Source: Hemiscyllium ocellatum (Eukaryota). From it: 64,000 bases of DNA. The DNA is taken from positions 22,009,231 to 22,073,230 of the forward strand of contig NC_083435.1 in assembly GCF_020745735.1 (NCBI RefSeq), in the 5' to 3' direction. The translations under genes and the position numbers were made by a program. The number at the start of each line of letters is the position of its first letter. Within the stretch, counting starts at the first letter, position 1. This document shows positions 37,901 to 49,247 of the stretch, in pieces. Under the pieces are notes generated by a model. It saw only the letters and a program-made list of their open reading frames with translations. It was not told the origin of the DNA and made no database searches.

Positions 37901-39177
37901 CCACATGAAAAGGAGAGCACTTCAGCTCTGAAAGCTACCCTACCATACGGTTAGATCACAGCCGGCCTGCATCCCAAAAACTATCTGCCTATGCAGACTT
38001 GAGAATTCCTGCTGTTTATTAGACTGAATGGACTCTCTAACTTCAAATAATGCTCACCCTATTAATGGGATCTTGCCTTGGGCACACTGTAACCTGTATG
38101 CCTTACTCTGTCCAAGTTTTCTTTCATTTCATGATCTGTATTTCTTTGCTTACTATGGTCTGCCTGTACTGCTCACAAACAAAGCTTTTCACTGTGCTTA
38201 GGTACATATGACAATAAATCCAATCAATCAATCCATTTATGACGTAGAATCCAGAATGTTTGTGAGGGAAAGGGAGTTAAAGATTTCCACTATCCTTTAT
38301 AAAAGTCTTTCCCATTTTCCTTATGGCTAAGCTACAAGTTTTAAAAATAACAATACTCTCCCAGCCCAGCCATTGCATTCTTTGGGAGAATTATTTCACA
38401 ACGTGCTCTCTACAACTGGAACATAGCTTCTGTCCCTTCCCTTGTATTCTTGTTCCCTATTTCAGATAAAGGCTAATATTCTGTGTTGGCATTTTGGATT
38501 ACTTTATACCAGCTATATACTAGCGTGCAGTAATCTATGTATGGATATTTAATTTCCTTTTGCATCTCTACAGTGTCGCGTCTCTGGGCACTAAGAAAAT
38601 TGTATTCCAGCCAAATTGGACAATCGCCAACTCTCTCACTTTGAACATGAAATTGTGGTTCATATAAACATGTAATTGTGTAAAAAAAAATGTGCCCACG
38701 AATCTTGTGACATTTCACTATTTTAAAGGCACGATATAAATATAAATTGTTATAGTGGTGACAGTTGCGTCAGTAACTAGAGGGCACAGTTGAAACCAGT
38801 GTCAATATGTCCAAAACTCTAACCCTCAACTCCTAGTAACATGCTGGTAAAATATCTTCTGAATCCTGCACAACCTCAAAGCACCAACCAATGAAGGTAT
38901 GTGTGCTAAACGCCACCTTCACCATCCTGTCTACTGGTGACGGAAATTTCAAAGTTTGATGTACCTGAACCCTCCCGAGGTTTGTTTGACAACACTACCC
39001 AGGGTGCTGCTATTAACTTGTATAAGTCCTACCCTTGTTGGTTCTCCTGAAAAGTAGCTTTTATGTTGAAGTAATGAGGAAAGTGCAGCAGGCAGATTGT
39101 GGTCAGCACTCCATAAATGTCAGTGTGCATCTAACTCTGAAACGTCAACATGCGAGTCTCTCTCTCTCTCTCATACA

Positions 39178-39735
39178 TATCATCGAGATGTACAGCATGG
39201 AAACAGACCCTTTGGTCCAACCAGTCCATGCCGACCAGCTATCTCAACCCAATCTAGTCCCACCTGCCAGCACCTGGCCCATGTCCCTCCAAACCCTTCC
39301 CATTCATCTATGCCTCCCATCCAAATGCCTCTTAAACGTTGCAATTGTACCAGTCTCCACTTCCTCTGGCAGCTCATTCCATACACATACCACCTTCTGT
39401 GTGAAAAAGTTGCCCCATAATTCTGGCCTAACCAATGTCCTGTACAGCTGCAACATACCTCCCAACTCCTGTACTCTGACCAATAAAGGAAAGCATACCA
39501 AACGGCATCTTCACTATCCTATCCACCTGCGACTCCACTTTCAAGGAGCTATGACCCTGCACTCCAAGGTCTCTTTGTTTAGCAACACTCCCTAGGACCT
39601 TACCATTAAGTGTATAAGTCTTGCTAAGATTTGCTTTTCCAAAATGCAGCACCTCGCATTTATCTGAATTAAACTCCATCTGCCCCTTCTCGGCCCATTG
39701 GCCCATCTGGTCCAGATCCTGTTGTAATTTGAGGT
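39178..39735 (-). mobile_element. CR1/HER1-like LINE fragment with an internal deletion
   Basis: Near-identical to parts of 47728-48585 (MEFNSDKCEVLHFGKAN..DLGVQ). Confidence 0.85.
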
Positions 39736-39793
39736 AAGTAACTAACTAGAGGGTGTAACTTTCTCTCAAACTTCAACACGTTCACATGCGATA

Positions 39794-40021
39794 TTAGATT
39801 CCCTACAGTGTGGAAACAGGGCCTTCAGCCCAAACAGTCCACATCTACCCCCTGAAGAGTAACCCATCCAGACCCATTTCCCTCACTAATGCACCTAAGA
39901 CTACCACCCTAATGTGCACCTCTGCGGACTGTGGGAGGAAACCCACGCTGAGAATGTGCAAATCCACACAGACAGGCTGGAATCGAACCTGGGTCCCTGG
40001 CGCTAACCACAGAGCCAGCGT
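39794..40021 (-). mobile_element. HE1-type SINE, shortened
   Basis: ttagattccctacagtgtggaaacagg..gaatcgaacctgggtccctgg. Confidence 0.7.
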
Positions 40022-40454
40022 GTGTGTCCCCACTCTGCCATTCCCCACCGTGCTTGAGAGTGTGGCGCTGGAAAAGCACAGCAGGTCAGGCAGCATCCGA
40101 GAGGAGCAGGGCAACATAAATTCCCAACTCAGGAAAGCCCTCGAGCCTTCAGCACCTTCTCCTCCGTGTTTGAAACCTGGTTAAAACTCCCAGCGTTGAT
40201 TTTGGCGATGGTGGTGGTTGTTATAGCTGCTCCACTTGCTTTGGGAATGTAAGTTATTTGCAAATTTACGCCTGCCCTTTTTTGTTTTCTCCTCTTTCTT
40301 TCGTGTATCTTCCACCCCCTACCCCTTTCGTTGCAGGTTGATGGAGTTGCACTGACCCAGCCGCTGTTGGTGGTGGTGGTGGAGGTGGAAGAGGAGCAAA
40401 GCTGGAAAAGCGTGTGCATGTGCGGGTGTGTGCAAGGGGGGGTTTGAGAGAGAC

Positions 40455-41846
40455 ATGCTGCGGCGGACCAACGTCATCGTCTGGGGCGTGCTGCTGTTCG
40501 TCGGCTGGAACCTGCTGCTGCTGTTCTTCCTGCTGGGCCGGCCGCCGTCGGGAGGAGCTGCTGCAGGAGGAGGTGCTGCTGCTGGAGGAGCAGGAGGAGG
40601 GGAGGACACCGACCCGGAGCAGCTGACCCGCGACGTGGTGCGGGTGGCCGAGGAGGTGGAGGCCGAGCTGGAGAACCAGAAGCGGCTGCTGCAGCAGATC
40701 CAGCGGCACCGCCAGGGGCTCTGGCGGCTGAGAGCTGACGGCGCAGGCGCCGCCCCGCCCCTTCCTCCTCTACCTCCCTCCTCCTCCTCCTCCGTCGTCA
40801 TCATCCCGGAAGCGCAGGAGGTGCTGCCGGTGCTGGTGATTGGCTGCGACCGGCCCAGCATCCGGCGGTGCCTGGACAAGCTGCTGCAGTACCGCCCCTC
40901 CAAGGAGCTCTACCCGGTGCTCGTGAGCCAGGACTGCGGGCACGAGGAGACGTCGCGCGTCATCGCGTCGTACGGCGACCAGCTGGTGCACCTGCGCCAG
41001 CCGGACCTGTCCGAGCCGCGCGTGCCGCCCGAGCACCGCAAGTTCCGCGGCTACTACAAGATCGCGCGGCACTACCGCTGGGCGCTCAACCAGGTGTTCC
41101 GCGCGCTGCGCTACCGCGCCGCCGTGGTGCTCGAGGACGACCTGGAGGTGGCGCCGGACTTCTTCGAGTACTTCCGCGCGCTGCTGCCGCTGCTGCGCCG
41201 CGACCCGAGCCTGTGGTGCGCGTCCGCGTGGCACGACAACGGCAAGGAGCAGATGGTGGAGGCGGCGCGCGCCGACGCGCTGCACCGCACCGACTTCTTC
41301 CCGGGCCTCGGCTGGATGCTGCTGAGCGACACCTGGGAGGAGCTCGAGCCGCGCTGGCCCGCCGCCTTCTGGGACGACTGGATGCGCGGGCCGGCGCAGC
41401 GGCGCGGCCGCGCGTGCGTGCGGCCCGAGGTCTCGCGCACGGTGACCTTCGGGCGGCGCGGGGTCAGCAACGGCCAGTTCTTCGACCAGCACCTGCGCTT
41501 CATCAAGCTGAGCGAGCGCTTCGTGCCGTTCGCCAGCCTCGACCTGTCCTACCTCGCGCGGGAGGCGTACGACCCGGCGTTCGCGCGGCGGGTGTACGGC
41601 GCGCCCGCCGTGCGCCTCGAGGAGCTGCAGCGCGGCGAGCGGCCCGAGCTGCGGCGGGTGCGCGTGCAGTACACCTCCCGCGACACCTTCAAGGCCTTCG
41701 CCAAGGCGCTCGGCGTCATGGACGACCTCAAGTCGGGGGTGCCGCGCGCCGGCTACCGCGGCGTCGTCAGCGTCATGTACCGCGGCCGCCGCGTCTACCT
41801 GGCACCGCCCGAGGACTGGAGCGGCTACGACCCCACGTGGAGCTAG
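40455..41846 (+). CDS. MGAT1: Alpha-1,3-mannosyl-glycoprotein 2-beta-N-acetylglucosaminyltransferase (GnT-I, GT13), 463 aa, single coding exon
   Basis: Acceptor ttgcag| at 40335-40336 and ATG at 40455. Type II membrane N-terminus MLRR..VIVWGVLLFVGWNLLLLFFLL. Motifs VSQDCGHEET, GYYKIARHY, EDDLEVAPDFFEYF, RTDFFPGLGW, FWDDWMR, GVMDDLKSGVPRAGYRG and the GYDPTW end all match vertebrate MGAT1. Confidence 0.97.
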   Translation: MLRRTNVIVWGVLLFVGWNLLLLFFLLGRPPSGGAAAGGGAAAGGAGGGEDTDPEQLTRDVVRVAEEVEAELENQKRLLQQIQRHRQGLWRLRADGAGAAPPLPPLPPSSSSSVVIIPEAQEVLPVLVIGCDRPSIRRCLDKLLQYRPSKELYPVLVSQDCGHEETSRVIASYGDQLVHLRQPDLSEPRVPPEHRKFRGYYKIARHYRWALNQVFRALRYRAAVVLEDDLEVAPDFFEYFRALLPLLRRDPSLWCASAWHDNGKEQMVEAARADALHRTDFFPGLGWMLLSDTWEELEPRWPAAFWDDWMRGPAQRRGRACVRPEVSRTVTFGRRGVSNGQFFDQHLRFIKLSERFVPFASLDLSYLAREAYDPAFARRVYGAPAVRLEELQRGERPELRRVRVQYTSRDTFKAFAKALGVMDDLKSGVPRAGYRGVVSVMYRGRRVYLAPPEDWSGYDPTWS

Positions 41847-41949
41847 CGGCGCCGCCCACCCGGGACCCCGCCCCCCCGGGACCCCGCCCCCTCAGCCCCG
41901 CCCCGCCCCCTCCGTGACTCATAATGATGTACACACACACACACAGCAT

Positions 41950-42640
41950 CGCACCCCCTCCCCATCTCCCCACCCCCACCTCTCCCCCATCCCATCCCTC
42001 TCTCCATATCCCTCCCCTCTCCCGCATTCCCCCATCCCCCTCTCCCCCATCCCCTCCCTCCCCCATTCCCCTCCCTTCCCCATTCCCCCCTCCCTCCCTC
42101 TTTCCCCCCTCCCTCCCTCTTTCCCCCCTCCCTCCCTCTTTCCCCCCTCCCTCCCTCTTTTCCCATCCCCCTCCCTCCTTCCCCATTCCCCCCTCCCTCC
42201 CTCTTTTCCCATCCCCCTCCCTCCCTCCTTCCCCATTCCCCCCTCCCTCCCTCTTTTCCCATCCCCCTCCCCCCTCCTTCCCCATCCCCCCCTCCTTCCC
42301 CATTCTCCCTCCCTCCCCATCCCCCCTCCCTCCTTCCTGTCCGCCCTCCCTCCTTCCCCATCCTCCCTCACTCTTTCCCCATTTGCCCTCTCTCCCTATC
42401 CCCCCTCCCACCCACTCCTCTCTTCCCATCTCCACTCCCTCCCTCTCTTCACATTGCCCCCCACCCTCTTTCCTCCTCCCCCCCACCCTCTTTCCTCCTT
42501 CCCCCCCACCCTCTTTCCTCCATCTCCTCTCTCCATCTCCATTTCCCTCTCACATCTCCTCCCTCTCTCCTCGCTTCTCTCAGCCTCTCTATCTCCCCCT
42601 TCCTCTCCCTCCATCCCCCTTCCTCTCTCCTCTTCCCCCT
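41950..42640. repeat. ~700-bp polypyrimidine/polypurine low-complexity tract (CCCTCCCT/CCCCATT units)
   Basis: Almost G-free C/T-rich + strand just downstream of the MGAT1 stop. Confidence 0.9.
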
Positions 42641-42697
42641 ACCTCACCAGAGAGCTGTCAAAGCTGGAGCTGTCGTAGTGGTGGGGGGGAGGGGGGT

Positions 42698-43258
42698 GTT
42701 TCAAACCTGGGAGGTCAGACTGATGACTGGCTGAGGTGAAGGGGTTAGGATTAGTAAATCTGAATGCCCTTGATTCAGTAGTGTAGGGGAGGTTTGCAAA
42801 TTTGGGAGGTTAGACTGCTGACCAGTGCGATTTGAGCTGCGCTTGCCCTTTGTTGATTTGATATGGTGTGGGTTCTTTTTTTCAAGAGATTTGACTGATG
42901 GATTTGAACTAGTGTCAATCTGCCCATTTCTTGATTTGGTGGGGAAGGGAAGGTTTCCCAGTTTTGGAGATTGCACTGCTGACTCGGGGTTGGAACTAGT
43001 GTTAGTCTTCCCTTTCTTGATTTGGTGGGGTTGGGGTTTCAAATTTGGGAGACTAGATTGCTGACTGGGGCGAAGTGGGGTGGGTTAGAACTAGTTGTAA
43101 GGCTGCCTACTTTCTCGATTTGGTAGGGTGGGTAAGGTTTTCAGATTTGGGAGATTAGATTGCTGACTGGGGTGACAGGGGCTAGGACCAGTCGTAAATC
43201 TGTCCTGTTCTCGATTTGGTGGGGTGGTTTTCCAATTTGGGAGACTAACTACTGACTA
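42698..43258. repeat. Degenerate tandem repeat, ~7 copies of an ~80-100 bp unit
   Basis: Recurring TTTCAAATTTGGGAGA(C/T)TAGA(T/C)TGCTGACT...GAACTAGT...TTCT(T/C)GATTTGGTGGGG. Confidence 0.75.
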
Positions 43259-46200
43259 TGTGCCTGGGGGAAGGAGTCTGATAGGGATGACTTTGGACCA
43301 ATCTCCTGAAGCAGTGGGAGAGGGAAGGCAGGGTGGGCTGTGTCCCAGAGACTGACAAATAAAAGCTGAGGGCCTTACACATTGAAAATGGCCTTTGAGT
43401 TTGGGGGTCACCTAGTTAGGGGCTACCTTGATCTGATTGACAGGATTCCTGTCCTGAATTAACCCCTGCTCACTCTGTCCTTGTCTCCCACTCCCTCGAA
43501 ACCTGTTGTTAATGTGGAGTAAGACACTTCAAAGTAAGTTTGAACTCCATACGTTCTGTTCCATTAACGTGGCACAGGGATGGTCAATAGTGTCATTTCA
43601 TTTGTATGCTCAGAATCGACAAAGGTGGAACAATTTCAGTCAAGGGGAGAGGAAGGGTGTTTGAATACATTGGTAGTGGGCTGTTTTCCTGATGCAGAGA
43701 GGGACCCAACCCGATTTTTCTTCCATTTATTTCCCTCTCTGTGTTTATTGCTGTCCAACCCAGCCCAGGCCCAACCCAGGCAAAGTTTAATCTGGTGTGG
43801 GGGGGGGGAAAGAAAAGGGAGGAAAGACTAAAATGTACCTACTCCCAAGCTCAAGGAGGGTGCTGAGGACAGCAGTGCATTTTAACTTAACCTCGCTTCC
43901 TTCTCTGCCTCACCGCACCCAGCTAACTCAAAGCCTGAAGTCCTTGTCACTGACATCTGTACAGGAGTTCATCCCCTCACCCTTTATGGTCAGTTCACCT
44001 CTCCAAGACAGAAACAAGTCTTTCAACAAGACGTTTAAGGAAAGACACACTAGATATTTGCAGGAGCCAATGTTTTACCAGTTGGGATGTTTTGGGGCAG
44101 TTGAGCACCTGGATGGCAAATCATCGGGCAGTGCTTATGCATAATGTGACACCCGTTGAATGTGAATGACATGCAAAATTCAGACAGCTGCCCAGAGTCC
44201 TGTGCTTGGGGCCTAGCTGACCTCCCTAATGTGAAAGCATCCCCCTTGAGAGAATATCCTTTCACCACCCATGGGTGCTTAGAGTAATTAGCCTCATCTC
44301 GACCTCCGTCTGAGTGGCAGGGTGATAAAGGGCAAACGCTACAATTTTTATTTTTATTTCACAAATTTATATATATATATATAAATATATGAGCAGAGAG
44401 TGTGTTTTCCCCATTTACACCTTCTGTGTATTTTGAGCAATTTCTATATTTTTTTAAAAATTGCCCATTTAAAGACAGGGGCGGGTATTATACACCCCTC
44501 CACCACACACACACACAGAGAAATGACTTCCATCCTTCCTTTTGACAGTCCTGGGTTGGGGCTGAGGCACAAGGGAATGGCAGCAGTTGTAAATAACTTT
44601 AAATACACATCTATATATCTTATACAGCATCTATTTCTAGACCTGGGGTGTTTGTTATATGTGACTTTTTTTTTCCCTTGAAGCTGTGATTGACTTGCTC
44701 TGATCTCATTAAACGCAAGATGTTTGTACATTTTACAATGATCCCTCTGGACTTAAATGGAACTATTTTTCTGTGTGTTCTGCTAACCGGCAGCATGCAT
44801 CAAATAAGGGAGGGGAAAGGGGGAGAGAATCACTATATAATCACCTCCCTCACCACTTGGTATTGTGGAAAGCGAACCAAAATGATTGGGGCTTGGGTGG
44901 AGAGAAGAACTATTTATGTGGGGTGGGAGTGAAGTAAAGAAGGGGTTAATCAGGATTGCAAATTTGGGAATAGGAATTTATAGATGACATATTATTGAGC
45001 CAACTTTTTTTTAATGCACTGGGATGGGTTTTTCTTTAATTAGTGGGCAAGATTACAAGATATGCTACATGCCCCTGTCTGCTGGTTAGACCCCGATGAT
45101 GGGTAACCAGCCGACAGTGTTGCTGCAACCTTCTGCTGTGGGGAGTGTCTCCAAATTGTCCAGAATTACCATCAGAGTCTCCAACGAATTAGAGATTCAT
45201 CTCCCCGTCAGCCAGCCAACCGAGAAAAACTTGCACAGGCAAAACTTTGAAACTTCTTCTTTATCTATTAAAAATATTGCAAATGGGCCTTTTTTGGTGG
45301 TGGTTGTTGTTGAGAAGGGTTGGGGGCGGAGCCGTGAGAAGCAGGAGACCATGGACTGGGTTCTGCTCCCAAACTGACTGTGGGTGATGGGTTATGTGGG
45401 TCAAGCAGCAAGTCACACCAGTTAATGGAAGATGGGTTATGGCCTGGAAATGTGATTACGTCTCTTCCTGAGCAGAAGATGGGTCATTATTGCAGTAACA
45501 CTTATGGTGGTGGCGGGAGTTAATTACTCTGATTCCTGTTTTTACCCGTGAAGCAAAAAAGGTACCGCAGACATCTGGAAATCTGCTGTTAAAGCAGAGG
45601 AATCCTACTCTGAAAATGATCAGGTGGAGACTGGGCTGGAAATGAGATTGTTGGCTCAAAGGTTGTTTACCTTTGAGGTGAATAACCAAATACCAGTCCG
45701 ATCTTCACTTTCACCCTGTGACCTAATTTCAAAGGTTTGCCTTGAACACCTTGGATTTTCTTTCAAAATAAAAAAAAACTTTTGCTCTTCTGTGTGATAT
45801 TCTAGACAAAGCCCTCAAGATAAACCTCCAATTCCCGGAACCTCTGGTGTAGGTATATTGAGCCAGTTGGTAATTTGGGTGTCGATTGTCCCATTTCTGA
45901 ATCAAAGTTTACTGTGTCAGCCAGGACAGGATGGATGCTTTGGGATTGGGTTAGAATGGACAGGGGTGATGCTAAGGGGAGGGGAATTGGGGCTTATACT
46001 TGACTTCAACACTGGATTAGAAAGTGGGGGGGGGGGGGGCGATGTGCGGGTAAAGCACTCAGCTATCTTTTAACCCCCACCCACTTCCCCTTGCTTGAAA
46101 AGTGCACATCACAAGGTTGAGAAATCCACACTCTCGGAAGAAGATCCAAATGTCAGAGTTGGCAGGTATGGAGTCCAAATCTACAGCAAACTCAAAAGGT

Positions 46201-46842
46201 GTTGCCTGGGTGAATCTTTACAGTGGGGCTCTCACCATATTTATGGTGGGGTGTAGTGGGAGTGGGTGGGGTGGGGGGGGGGGGTGGGTGCGAGAGAGAT
46301 AGAGGATGCTCAATAGCCAAAGACCAATTTACTAAGCCAGCCCTGATCCTTACCTTCAGCATACAGCCTGGTTGCAAATTGCCTCGCAGTTTTTAAATTT
46401 TAGAATTAAAGAAACAAAAGTACACACTACCTTCGTACAAGAGGAACTTTTTTTAAGGGTGTTGATTTTTTTTTAAAAAATCGAGGAAACAGGTCTGAGA
46501 TAAATGATGTCAAAGCTCTCACTTTTCTATTGAGGTGTCAGTGGATATAACCCTGAGATTGGTAACTTTTCAACTGACACAAGTGAGGGTCTGTGGGTTT
46601 CCAAGTTTGTTAACCTTTTGATCAGAATGAATCAAATTGTACACCTTGAAATCAAACTTCCCTCAAATCTGTTTAAAAACCAACTTGCTGAGGTGTGCGA
46701 TAACTGAAAGGATGTGTCCCCCGACCACTGTCCCAGCCTATATAAGGGGAGTTAATTCTGCAGGAGATACTGATTGGGTGTTTATTGTTGTTTTCTCTCC
46801 CCCCTCTATTTTATTACTGTGACTTTTTTTTTGAAAAATGAA

Positions 46843-46848
46843 ATTAAA
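46843..46848 (+). terminator. Candidate distal poly(A) signal of MGAT1 (ATTAAA); proximal AATAAA candidates at 43358 and ~45767
   Basis: ATTAAA followed by T/GT-rich sequence at 46855-46893, just before repeats resume at ~47040. Confidence 0.4.
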
Positions 46849-47727
46849 AAAATACTGTTCTTTGCTTTATTCTTCTTGTATTTTTTGTTGATTGAACAAG
46901 TCACAAGCAATCGCCATAAATTCTTCACTCAAAACACCCTGAGAAAAAGGTGCATACATTTATATCACACAGGAAGTTACAGAAACGGGGAGCCATAAAA
47001 CCATGAAGAGCTTTGAGTGCAAGGATAAAAAACTTCCAAAACAAAATCACAAATGGATTGAGAATATCAGCAGAGTCTGGTACCATCTGTGTAGAGAAAG
47101 CATTCCAAGTTCAATGATTGCTCTTCAGACTGGACCCGAAATGTTAACTGTTTCGCTCTCTCTAAAGATGCTGCACTGAGTAGCCCCCTGAGTATCTCCA
47201 GCTATTTCTGGTTTTGATTGACTTTTTTGGCATCTGCAGTTCTTTTTAAGAGTTTCCAAATCGTGGGGTTGCACAACACAACTGGCTTTGTCACACAGTT
47301 TTCTGAGGCTGCTCCTGACCCTCAGTTTCCAGTTACACACCCTTCTGCAGAAATGATTGCTCTTCTGGAAGATCATGACGTTAGCTGTGTCAAATCTCTG
47401 TCAAGTTCAGCACCACTGAAACTCTGCACCGAAGCAGTTTTTTCAGACCCTTTCCTTTCTTCAGCAGTGGCTGCCCAGAACTGACTGCCAAACGTTTAGC
47501 TGAGGCCAGTTCAGCCTTTTACAAAGCTTTTAACTTCCCCATTGTACCCGATTTCTGCATTAATCTTGAGGCAAATATGCTATAGAAAATCAACAGCACA
47601 GCAAGGGGCAAGTCTGCCCGCTGTTTATGGATTATCTGAATACACCGCCCGCCCAACCTAATCCTATTTATCGTCACCGGGTTTGTAAGCCTTGCAGGTT
47701 ACAGGTCGTAAGATGCAAATCCAGGTT

Positions 47728-49247
47728 ATAGAGTCGTAGAGATATAGAGCATGGAAACGGTCCAACCCGTCCATGCCGACCAGATATCCCAACCCAATCT
47801 AGTCCCACCTGCCAGCGCCCAGCCCATATCCCTCCAAACCCTTCCTGTTCATATACCCATCCAAATGCCTTTTAAATGTTGCAATTGTACCAGCCTCCAC
47901 CACTTCCTCTGGCAGCTCATTCCATACATGTACCACCCTCTGCGTGAAAAAGTTGCCCCTTAGGTCTCTTTTATATCTTTCCCCTCTCACCCTAAACCTA
48001 TGCCCTCTAGTTCTGGACTCCCTGACTCCAGGGAAAAGACTTTATCTATTTATCCTATCCATGCCCCTCATAATTTTATAAACCTCGATAAGGTCACCCC
48101 TCAACCTCCAACGCTCCAGGGAAAACAAGCCCCAGCCTGTTCAGCCTCTCCCTATAGCTCAGATCCTCCAACCCTGGCAACATCCTTGTAAATTGTTTCT
48201 GAACCCTTTCAAGTTTTACAACATCTTTCCGATAGGAAGGAGACCAGAATTGCACACAATATTCCAACAGTGGCCTAACCAATGTCCTGTACAGCTGCAA
48301 CATACCTCCCAACTCCTATACTCTGACCAATAAAGGAAAGCATACCAAACGCCTTCTTCACTATCCTATCTACCTGCGACTCCACTTTCAAGGAGCTATG
48401 AACCTGCACTCCAAAGTCTCTTTGTTCAGCAACACTCCCTAGGACCTTACCATTAAGTGTATAAATCCTGCTAAAATTTGCTTTCCCAAAATGCAGCACC
48501 TTGCATTTATCTGAATTAAACTCCATCTGTCACTTCTCAGTCCCATTGGCCCATCTGGTCAAAATCTTGTTGTAATCTGAGGTAACCCTCTTCGCTGTCC
48601 ACTCCACCTCCAAGTTTGGCATCATCTGCAAACTTACTAACTGTACCTCTTATGCTCGCATCCAAATCATTTATGTAAATAACAAAAAGTAGAGGGCCCA
48701 GCACCAATCTTTGTGGCACTCCGCTGGTCACAGGCCTCCAGTCTGAAAAACAACCCACCACCACCACCCTCTGTCTTCTACCTTTGAGCCAGTTCTGTAT
48801 CCAAATGGCTAGTTCTCCCTTTATTCCATGAGATCTAATCTTGCTAATCAGTCTCCCATGGGGAACCTTGTCGAATGCCTTACTGAAGTCCATATAGATT
48901 ACATCTACTGCTCTGCCCTCATCAATCTTCTTTGTTACTTCTTCAAAAAACTTAATCAAGTTTGTGAGACATGATTTCCTATGCATTCAGCCATGTTGAC
49001 TATCCCGAATCAGTCCTTGCCTTTCCAAATACATGTACATCCTGTCCCTCAGGATTCCCTCCAACAACTTGCCCACCACCGAGGTCAGGCTCACTGGTCT
49101 ATAGTTCCTTGGATTGTCTTTACCGCCCTTCTTAAACAGTGGCACCACGTTTGCCAAACTCCAGTCTTCTGGCACCTCACCTGTGACTATTGATGATACA
49201 AATATCTTAGCAAGAGGCCCAGCAATCACTTCTCTAGCTTCCCACAG
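47728..49247 (-). mobile_element. 5'-truncated CR1/HER1-like LINE, ~1.5 kb, RT domain to 3' end, frameshifted
   Basis: NYRPVSLTSVVGKLLE, DVIYMDFSKAFDKVPH, GVPQRLVLGPLLFVIYINDL, KFADD and LEYCVQFWSP on the - strand, with an intact 3' terminus. Confidence 0.93.

Noticed and set aside
40428-40454. ORF-track start of MGAT1 at 40428
   Set aside because: This is a GTG start. The ATG at 40455 gives the expected short cytoplasmic tail before the transmembrane segment.
40266-41917. Long antisense and alternative-frame ORFs over MGAT1 (240, 349 and 194 aa)
   Set aside because: Shadow ORFs expected from extreme GC3 and the resulting lack of stops.
41773-42739. G/E/R-rich and P/S/L-rich ORFs
   Set aside because: Translations of the polypurine/polypyrimidine tract.
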